Assembly (NCBI GenBank): GCA_022574255.1
Contig: JACZSK010000001.1
Coordinates: forward strand, 20,117 to 84,116
Direction: 5' to 3'
Source: Pseudomonadota bacterium
GTDB taxonomy: Bacteria > Pseudomonadota > Alphaproteobacteria > Sphingomonadales > SMXR01
DNA length: 64,000 bases
The notes beneath the pieces were generated by a model. The model worked only from the letters and a program-made list of their open reading frames with translations. It did no database searches and had not been told where the DNA came from. Made by a program: the position numbers and the translations under genes. Position 1 is the stretch's first letter; every line of letters starts with the position of its first letter. This document shows positions 57,653 to 64,000 of the stretch, one piece after another.

Positions 57653-57880
57653 ATGAGCGCAGATGCATTGCTTGACGCCAAGGGGCTGAGCTGCCCGTTA
57701 CCAATCTTGAAGGCAAAAAAGGCGCTGAAGGCCATTCCTGCGGGAGGGACGCTGGAAATTCACGCGACCGACGCCGGTTCGGTTGCGGATTTTGCAGCCT
57801 TTTGCCGGACCACCGGCAACGAATTGCTCGAATCGACTACGGAAGACGGCGTCTATAAATTCCTGATCAAGCGTAATTAA
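57653..57880 (+). CDS. tusA: TusA-like sulfurtransferase
   Basis: 75 aa with DAKGLSCPLPILKAKKAL, the CPxP active site. Confidence 0.85.
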   Translation: MSADALLDAKGLSCPLPILKAKKALKAIPAGGTLEIHATDAGSVADFAAFCRTTGNELLESTTEDGVYKFLIKRN

Positions 57881-58012
57881 GACCGGGCAAGAGCATTAAT
57901 CGGGGAGATTTAGGCAAACTGCAGGAGAAGATTAGAAGTTTTTGTCGGTAACTTGGTGCCAACTGATTTAGGACGGAGCGCCATAGCCGCCGGTTAAACC
58001 AAGGGGAGGACC

Positions 58013-59302
58013 ATGAATATTAGTAAGAAAGTACAGGTCTCGGCTGCCGCGTTGAGCATCGGGATGATGATGTTGCCGGCCTTGTCGGCCGATGCGACAG
58101 AAGGCTATTTCCAGAACGGTAATGGTGTCCGCCACAAGGCGCTGGCTGGCGCCGGGGTTGCCGACACGCGCGATTCCACAGCCCTGGCGATCAATCCGGC
58201 GGGTATTATCGGCATCGACCGCCAACTCAATCTGGGAATCACCCTGTTCAGCCCACGTCGCTCATTCACGGGCTCGGGTGATCCGGGCTTTACAGCCACC
58301 GGCAATTTCAAGAGCGACAGCAATTATTTCCCTATTCCTGACTTCTCCTACGCCTCGCCGATTGACGAGAATTCCGCCTGGGGCATCGCAATCACTGCAA
58401 ACGGCGGCATGAACACCGACTGGGCGCCCAACCCTCGCCCGTTACCTGATTGCCCGCCGCTGGGCGGCGCGGGGGCATTCTGCGGCGGCCTTTCGGGCGT
58501 CAACATGAGCCAGGCAATCCTGTCGCTCACCTATGCGCGCAAGATTGGTAATTTCAGAGTTGGCATCGCCCCGTTGCTGGCCATGAATATGTTCCGGGTC
58601 AGAGGCCTCGCCGCTTTTGGCGGCTTCTCGTCCGATCCGGGGAATCTGACCGACCGAGGAACGGATTTTGCCTTTGGTTATGGTATCAAGGTCGGCTTCC
58701 AGGCCGATCTGGGTGAAGGTTTCCGGATCGGCGGTAACTGGCAGAGCCGGATTTATATGAGCAAGTTCGACAAATATGCCGGTTTGTTCGCCGAACAGGG
58801 CGATTTCGATATTCCCATGAACTTCACCCTCGGTCTGGCATTCGATGCCAGCCCCAAGCTGACCATCATGGCTGACTACAAGAAGATTTATTACAGCAAG
58901 ATTGCGTCCATTGCCAATTCGCCCTTCGCGCCATTTCCGTTCGGGGCCAGCAACGGGCCGGGGTTTGGCTGGAAGAGCATCGACATCTTCAAGCTGGGTA
59001 TCGAATACCGCCATTCGGATACCTGGACCTGGCGCGCTGGATTTTCGAAGAATGACAATCCGGTCGGGCCGGAGGCTGTGACAATCAATATTCTGGCGCC
59101 GGGCATTGTAAAAACCCACATTACGGGCGGCTTCGCTTTCAAGGTTTCGGAAAAAAGCACCATCAGCTTTGCCGCCGGGTATATTCCGTCCACCACCGTG
59201 ACCGGACCGGAAGGCCCGGGTGGCGGGTTCAATCCCAATCACACCGTGAGCATCAAGATGTACCAGATGGAGGCGACCATCGGCTGGACCCGTCATTTCT
59301 GA
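58013..59302 (+). CDS. FadL/TodX-family outer-membrane transport protein
   Basis: 429 aa. Signal peptide, N-terminal GYFQNGNGVRHKALAGAGVA hatch motif, and a beta-barrel ending in ...GWTRHF. Confidence 0.85.
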   Translation: MNISKKVQVSAAALSIGMMMLPALSADATEGYFQNGNGVRHKALAGAGVADTRDSTALAINPAGIIGIDRQLNLGITLFSPRRSFTGSGDPGFTATGNFKSDSNYFPIPDFSYASPIDENSAWGIAITANGGMNTDWAPNPRPLPDCPPLGGAGAFCGGLSGVNMSQAILSLTYARKIGNFRVGIAPLLAMNMFRVRGLAAFGGFSSDPGNLTDRGTDFAFGYGIKVGFQADLGEGFRIGGNWQSRIYMSKFDKYAGLFAEQGDFDIPMNFTLGLAFDASPKLTIMADYKKIYYSKIASIANSPFAPFPFGASNGPGFGWKSIDIFKLGIEYRHSDTWTWRAGFSKNDNPVGPEAVTINILAPGIVKTHITGGFAFKVSEKSTISFAAGYIPSTTVTGPEGPGGGFNPNHTVSIKMYQMEATIGWTRHF

Positions 59303-59338
59303 TGGACTAAAAACCGCTCACATTTTGAGATACTTCGG

Positions 59339-59368
59339 GGGGCTGCTTTTTGCGGCCCCTCGTTTTTT
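59339..59368 (+). terminator. rho-independent terminator
   Basis: ggggctgc-ttttt-gcggcccc hairpin with one G-U pair, followed by tcgTTTTTT. A second GGGGCCCC plus T-run follows. Confidence 0.65.
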
Positions 59369-59595
59369 GGGGCCCCACTTTTTTCAGGAACAGGCGAAGC
59401 GCCCTCTCTGGCGCCTTTATCGCCTTTGTACCGGCCAGCGAAATAATATATTAGCTTCGCTGCATAAACAGGTGTAAATAACAATACATTCTGGCGGCGG
59501 TGTTTTTCACGCCCCGCCCGCGAGCATATACCCTCGATCACGACAGTTTTGGCCAAGCCGGGCCATGTCAGAGTTATAGCGATTCGATCCCTGAA

Positions 59596-61116
59596 ATGAC
59601 TTTACCGACAGGCGATCAGAGCAGCAGCATCCAGGACCAGCCCGAGCATCTGGGGGTCCGACCCCTCCGGCGTGGCGCCGCGCTGGACCAGCTGGGATTT
59701 TTTCTGTGGAGCCGGCGGTGGTTTATCGTCGCTCTCGCTGTGGGCGGAATCATGCTCAGTCTGCCAACCCCCGATGGCCTGACGCGCGAGGGTCTTATCG
59801 TATTAACGATGTCGCTGGTGGCGGTCATCCTGTTCATTACCGAGCCGGTGCCGCTGCCTACCGTCGCGCTGATGATAATCGTTGGCCAGGTGGTGTTGCT
59901 GGGCATTGATTCAGAAATCGTCGCCCGCAGTATTATGAGCGATTCCGTTCTTTTTATCATGGGCTCACTGATGTTGGCTGTGGGAATCGTCAAGCAGAAG
60001 CTGGATAAGCGAATAGCCTATATGATCGTGCGTTTTACCGGCACCAAGACAGCAAATATTTGCGTCGGAATCTCATTCGTTTCGGGAATGATGGCATCGG
60101 TGATTGGCGAGCATACAGTTGCCGCCATGATGCTTCCTGTGGCTGTCACCCTGATCACCCTGACCTCGGACGACCCCAAGGAAGTGCGCAAACTGGCTGC
60201 GTTGTTGCTGTTTTCAATCGCCTATGGCTGCGCCATCGCGGCCATAGGCACCCCTTCGGGCGGCGCCCGCAATGCCATCATGATCGGTTTCTGGAAGGAG
60301 TTTTTCTATGATCCACTGGATCCCGAGACCTACAAATATCTCATCGATTACGTCACATGGATGGCTTATTGCTTCCCCATTTTTTTGCTCCAGCTTCCCT
60401 TCGTCTCGCTAATCCTGCTCACCACTTTCAAGCCCGAGCAGACCCATATCACGCGCGCGGTCGTAAAATTGCGCGCCCAGCTGGAGGCACAGGGCTCAAT
60501 GAGGTCAAACGACTGGGGCGCCATTCTGATTTTTACCGCCACCCTGATCGGCTGGATCATGTTCTCCGATACGCTGGGGCTGGGGACGGTCGCCATATTC
60601 GGGGCCATAGCGTTTCTGGTGTTTGGGCTGGTCCGGTGGGAGGACATCAACTCCAACGTCAACTGGGGCGTGGTGCTGTTATACGGAGCCGCCATATCGC
60701 TGGGTGTGCAAATGAAGGATTCTGGCGCCGCGATGTGGCTGGCCGATAATTTTCTCGAGGTCCTGGCGCCGATGGGGGCTGACAGCGGCGTGTCGCTGTG
60801 GCTGGGAGTGTCGGCGCTGACTACTTTGGTCACCAACACCATGTCGAACGGCGCGGCGGTAGCCGTGCTCGGGCCAATTACGTTGAATTTGGCGACCAGC
60901 GCCGGCGAGAGCCCTCTGTTGATGGGTTATATCACGGCGATCTCGTCCGCTTTTGCCTATCTTACGGTTATTGGAACGCCGGCCTGCACCATTGTCTATG
61001 CGTCGGGATATCTGAAACCGTCTGACTTCTTGAAAGTAGGCTGGCGCATGGTCATTATGTCTACCGTTATCCTGATGTTTTCGGCATATTTCTATTGGCC
61101 GCTGCTCGGGCTTTGA
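59596..61116 (+). CDS. DASS/SLC13-family anion:sodium symporter
   Basis: Track ORF 59500. The ATG 59596 start is uncertain. About 12 TM segments with duplicated SNGAA/SGGARNA hairpin motifs (GTPSGGARN; NTMSNGAAVA). Confidence 0.8.
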   Translation: MTLPTGDQSSSIQDQPEHLGVRPLRRGAALDQLGFFLWSRRWFIVALAVGGIMLSLPTPDGLTREGLIVLTMSLVAVILFITEPVPLPTVALMIIVGQVVLLGIDSEIVARSIMSDSVLFIMGSLMLAVGIVKQKLDKRIAYMIVRFTGTKTANICVGISFVSGMMASVIGEHTVAAMMLPVAVTLITLTSDDPKEVRKLAALLLFSIAYGCAIAAIGTPSGGARNAIMIGFWKEFFYDPLDPETYKYLIDYVTWMAYCFPIFLLQLPFVSLILLTTFKPEQTHITRAVVKLRAQLEAQGSMRSNDWGAILIFTATLIGWIMFSDTLGLGTVAIFGAIAFLVFGLVRWEDINSNVNWGVVLLYGAAISLGVQMKDSGAAMWLADNFLEVLAPMGADSGVSLWLGVSALTTLVTNTMSNGAAVAVLGPITLNLATSAGESPLLMGYITAISSAFAYLTVIGTPACTIVYASGYLKPSDFLKVGWRMVIMSTVILMFSAYFYWPLLGL

Positions 61117-61150
61117 TTTGAAGCGCTAGCGAAGAAGACAGGAAGAAGAC

Positions 61151-62110
61151 TTGGCAGAGAATTCATCAGACACCGAACCGCAAACCGAGAGACGGTTCCG
61201 GATTCTGGTCTGTATAGACCGGTCGGAGGAATCCTATCGCGGCCTCAGATACGCTGTGCGCATCGGGTCGGGAACAGATGCCGATATCACGCTGCTCTAT
61301 GTGCGCTCGGTCGACAAGGGGCTGCGCTCGGGGGGCCTGCAGATTCGTATGGCGCGCGAAAATATGCTGGAATGGGGACTTGAGCTGCCCGGCACCAAAA
61401 CCCTGAAGAAGGGCCGTGATCTGTTGATCGAGATGGGATTCATGGAAGAGGAATGGGGCGGTCGATCAATCCACATGGATGTCCAGGGAGACCCGCTTGG
61501 CGACAATATGATCGAGTATTCGGGCGGCGGTCGGAAGATAACACTGAAGCTCATGGTGTCTCCAACGGTTGAGCGCGGTATTCTGGACGAATGCGAGATG
61601 GGCAACTACAACGTCACGATCCTCTCGGCGGGCAGTACCGGTGACGATGACGAAAGCTCTATGTTCAGCCAGTCCATCGCCAAAACAGTGGCGACCGAGC
61701 ATAGAGGCACCGTGATTGTTGCGCGCGAACTGGAAGAAGCGCACGGACATTTGATTTGTGTAAACGGGTCTGCCATGTCCCTGGAGGCCGCCAAGAAAGA
61801 TGCAGAGATCGCCAGCCGCTGTTTCTGTCCGATCCACCTGTTCTCCGTGGCAAGCGATGAATCAGAGCTGGAAAACGCAAAAAAAGCCGTTGCTGAGGCA
61901 AAGGCGGCGATCGAGGAAAAAGGGCTGGTGGTCTTCGGCGAGAAGGTTGTTATTGGTGACCCGGTGGAAGAAATCGTCGAGGAAGGGCGGAATTACTCGC
62001 TGATCGTCCTCTCGGCATCAGATATCGTTGGCTTCCGCCGCTTCTTCCAGTCCAGCGTCGCATACAAAGTACTGGAGCGGGCCCACAATTCGGTCATGAT
62101 CTGCCGATAG
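61151..62110 (+). CDS. tandem universal stress protein (UspA) domain protein
   Basis: 319 aa, TTG start. Two Usp-like halves (RILVCIDRSEES...; HLICVNGSAMS...VLERAHNSVMICR). Confidence 0.7.
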   Translation: MAENSSDTEPQTERRFRILVCIDRSEESYRGLRYAVRIGSGTDADITLLYVRSVDKGLRSGGLQIRMARENMLEWGLELPGTKTLKKGRDLLIEMGFMEEEWGGRSIHMDVQGDPLGDNMIEYSGGGRKITLKLMVSPTVERGILDECEMGNYNVTILSAGSTGDDDESSMFSQSIAKTVATEHRGTVIVARELEEAHGHLICVNGSAMSLEAAKKDAEIASRCFCPIHLFSVASDESELENAKKAVAEAKAAIEEKGLVVFGEKVVIGDPVEEIVEEGRNYSLIVLSASDIVGFRRFFQSSVAYKVLERAHNSVMICR

Positions 62111-62123
62111 CCCGACCCCCGCC

Positions 62124-63407
62124 TTACTCCGCCGGATTTATCCTCGGGTGGGTCTCCTCGGCAAAAACAAGCATCCACAGGCCTGACAGGCCCATTGCGC
62201 CCGCGGTGAGCCAGAAACCCGCCTCGATATTACCGGTCAGATCGGCAACGAACCCGATCGAAAGGGCGCCGATGCCGTAACCGGTATCGCGCCAGAAGCG
62301 ATACACCCCCAGGCTTGAGCCGCGCCAGTCGGGATGAGAGATGTCGCTGACCGCGGCGATGAGGGTGGGATATAACAGCGCCATGCCGACGCCGGTGAAC
62401 GCCGCTGTCAGGGACCAGTAAAACACGCCATGCACCAGCACGGTGGCGGCAACCCCAGCGCCGGCCATCCACATTCCGATGACAATTGGCCATTTCCGCC
62501 CGAATTTGTCGGACAGCGGCCCGGTCCATAATTGGCTGGCCCCCCAGACCATGCCATAGATACCGACAATCCAGCCGATATTGACGATGCCAAGCCCCTG
62601 GCCCACGAAATAGAGAGGGAAAAACGCCCAGACCAGCGCGTCGACGAATTTCTCGATGCAACCCGCCTGTGACAGCGCGGCGAACGTGCGGTGGCGGTAA
62701 GTGACCAGCGCGAAGACTTCGGCGACTGACGGCTTGTCGGGCACGCCCTCGGGAAAGCGCGGCTTGGGCCCAACATGGGTGCCCGCCTTGTGCGCGGCCG
62801 CTTCCGCGCGCGCCCAGGGCAATGTGTCTTTCGCCAGCAGGAAAGCAGCGATCAGGGCCAGGATGATGATCGTAAGGCCAAAAACAAAAAGGCTCGTTCT
62901 GGGGTCATATTCGGCCGCCATATACCCCGTCGCAACAGCGGCGATGGCAACGCCTCCATAGCCGGCAAACTCGTTAAACCCGGTCGCCAACCCCCGTTGT
63001 TCCGGCAGGCAGATATCGATCTTCGAGGTGACCGTCATCGACCAGGCAAAACCCTGGTTGACGCCCAGTAAAATATTGGCGGCAACGATCCAGCCCCAGG
63101 TCGGCGCGTAGAGAATCATGAAGGGAATGGGAATGGCGACCATCCAGCCCCACAGCAGCACTTTCCGCCTGCCATATGTCTCGGACATGCGACCGGCGAT
63201 GAAATTCATCGCGCCCTTGACGAAGCCAAAGCTGATGATGAAGGCCATCAACAGAGTGAACGAGTCAGCCGGTACCCCGAATTCCTGCTCGGCCAGCGCC
63301 GGCACCACGTTTCTCTGCAGGCCGATTGTCAGGCCGACGAAGAAGACCTGCAACAACTGCTGGCTGAACTGACCCAGATTGGCGCGGATGCCATGGACAT
63401 ATTGCAT
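62124..63407 (-). CDS. MFS transporter
   Basis: 427 aa, 12 predicted TM segments, MFS loop motif GRMSETYGRRKV. Confidence 0.9.
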   Translation of the reverse strand: MQYVHGIRANLGQFSQQLLQVFFVGLTIGLQRNVVPALAEQEFGVPADSFTLLMAFIISFGFVKGAMNFIAGRMSETYGRRKVLLWGWMVAIPIPFMILYAPTWGWIVAANILLGVNQGFAWSMTVTSKIDICLPEQRGLATGFNEFAGYGGVAIAAVATGYMAAEYDPRTSLFVFGLTIIILALIAAFLLAKDTLPWARAEAAAHKAGTHVGPKPRFPEGVPDKPSVAEVFALVTYRHRTFAALSQAGCIEKFVDALVWAFFPLYFVGQGLGIVNIGWIVGIYGMVWGASQLWTGPLSDKFGRKWPIVIGMWMAGAGVAATVLVHGVFYWSLTAAFTGVGMALLYPTLIAAVSDISHPDWRGSSLGVYRFWRDTGYGIGALSIGFVADLTGNIEAGFWLTAGAMGLSGLWMLVFAEETHPRINPAE

Positions 63408-63408
63408 G

Positions 63409-63564
63409 CTATTCTCCTGGCGCTTGCGGCGCTTGCGGTGCTTGCCCCTGCGCCCTTTGGCGGCGGTTCTTGTTCAGCCGGGCATTTCCCAGCTCGATCC
63501 CGCCTCCGGCCCCGAGGCAAGACGCACAGCCGGTATCAAAGGAATAAAAGCGATTGAAAATCAT
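63409..63564 (-). CDS. possible 51-aa micro-protein with a CxxC motif, coupled between the rhodanese regulator and the MFS gene
   Basis: My own reading gives MIFNRFYSFDTGCASCLGAGGGIELGNARLNKNRRQRAQGQAPQAPQAPGE. The ATG overlaps the upstream stop (ATGA), and its stop lies 1 nt before the MFS ATG. No family recognised. Confidence 0.3.
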   Translation of the reverse strand: MIFNRFYSFDTGCASCLGAGGGIELGNARLNKNRRQRAQGQAPQAPQAPGE

Positions 63565-64000
63565 GCCGGCGCTCCTTCTGTTTCGATCGCGAGGTTCAAT
63601 GCCCGGAAGTCCGCTATCCCTTCTGTTACGTGGAAGGCCCGGAAACCATTGCGGACGAGTATTTCCACGGCGTCTATCGCCATTACGCAAAAAGGGCCAC
63701 GGCAATAGGCGGCAATATCCTGGTCCCTGGGCAGTTCCGCCATCCGCGCCTTGATGTCGCAAAGCGGTGCGGAGATCGCCCCTGCCAGATGCCCGGCGCG
63801 GTATTCGGCGCTGGGTCGCACATCAACCAGCGTAATGCTGCCCGCCTGCATCAGGCGCAATAATTCCAGGCCATCAATGGAATCGAGTCTGGTGCGGTCG
63901 CCGAGGAACCGCTCCATGGTTACCCGCATCTCCGCCAGATGTGTCATTCCCATGAGGCGCAGGCTGCGGATTAAATCGGCGATCTGGTCGTCGGCCAGGG
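63561..64000 (-). CDS. rhodanese-domain protein, probably an ArsR-HTH/rhodanese fusion (N-terminus outside the window)
   Basis: The frame stays open upstream of Met 63953 to the window end (LADDQIADLIRSLRL...). Rhodanese core LVDVRPSAEYRAGHLAGAISAPL with active-site loop CRGPFC. Confidence 0.7.
   Translation of the reverse strand, partial: LADDQIADLIRSLRLMGMTHLAEMRVTMERFLGDRTRLDSIDGLELLRLMQAGSITLVDVRPSAEYRAGHLAGAISAPLCDIKARMAELPRDQDIAAYCRGPFCVMAIDAVEILVRNGFRAFHVTEGIADFRALNLAIETEGAPA

Overview
This is a GC-rich chromosomal segment, roughly 55-60% GC by eye. It carries alphaproteobacterial hallmarks: GTA-type head-packaging genes, a TTAA-N7-TTAAC CtrA-type box next to a GANTC cluster, a cpdR/zinc-ribbon/ftsEX neighbourhood, and TIGR02302- and DUF2125-type proteins. 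All family calls come from motif recognition in the supplied translations and my own reading of the DNA. No database search was possible.

About three quarters of the window is ordinary core metabolism and envelope biology. It holds three acyl-CoA dehydrogenases, etfBA-hbd-GST, argH, GluQRS, an acyl-CoA synthetase, GTP-PEPCK, an aldehyde dehydrogenase, an Mla/MCE-type ABC system, plsC, ftsEX, dsbB and coq7. It also holds a seven-gene TonB2-type energy-transduction cluster and one tRNA-Leu(CAA).

The accessory part lies at about 5.2-17.7 kb:
1. A collapsed GTA-like cluster keeps only terS-like, terL, portal and a g3.5-like ORF, plus an in-frame chimera of the prohead-protease N-terminus with the C-terminal part of the host-specificity protein.
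2. Beside it sits a divergent regulator pair (a GafA/DUF6456-like protein and an XRE/cI-like repressor) sharing a 41-bp near-perfect palindrome.
3. Two related ~295-bp highly structured elements have CTAGGGTC-type terminal inverted repeats and bracket this 10-kb segment.
4. An orphan protein has a weak HEPN-like motif and a histone-H1-like lysine-rich tail.
5. A ~0.9-kb gene-poor tract remains unexplained.

Elsewhere there are a GANTC/CtrA-box regulatory node at 1.96-2.06 kb, a truncated-hemoglobin gene coupled to a ferredoxin-FNR reductase gene, a SqrR/BigR-type persulfide module (DUF442, ArsR, DsrE-like, TusA), and an ArsR-rhodanese/micro-ORF/MFS operon at the window end. I found no CRISPR array, integrase, transposase or rRNA.
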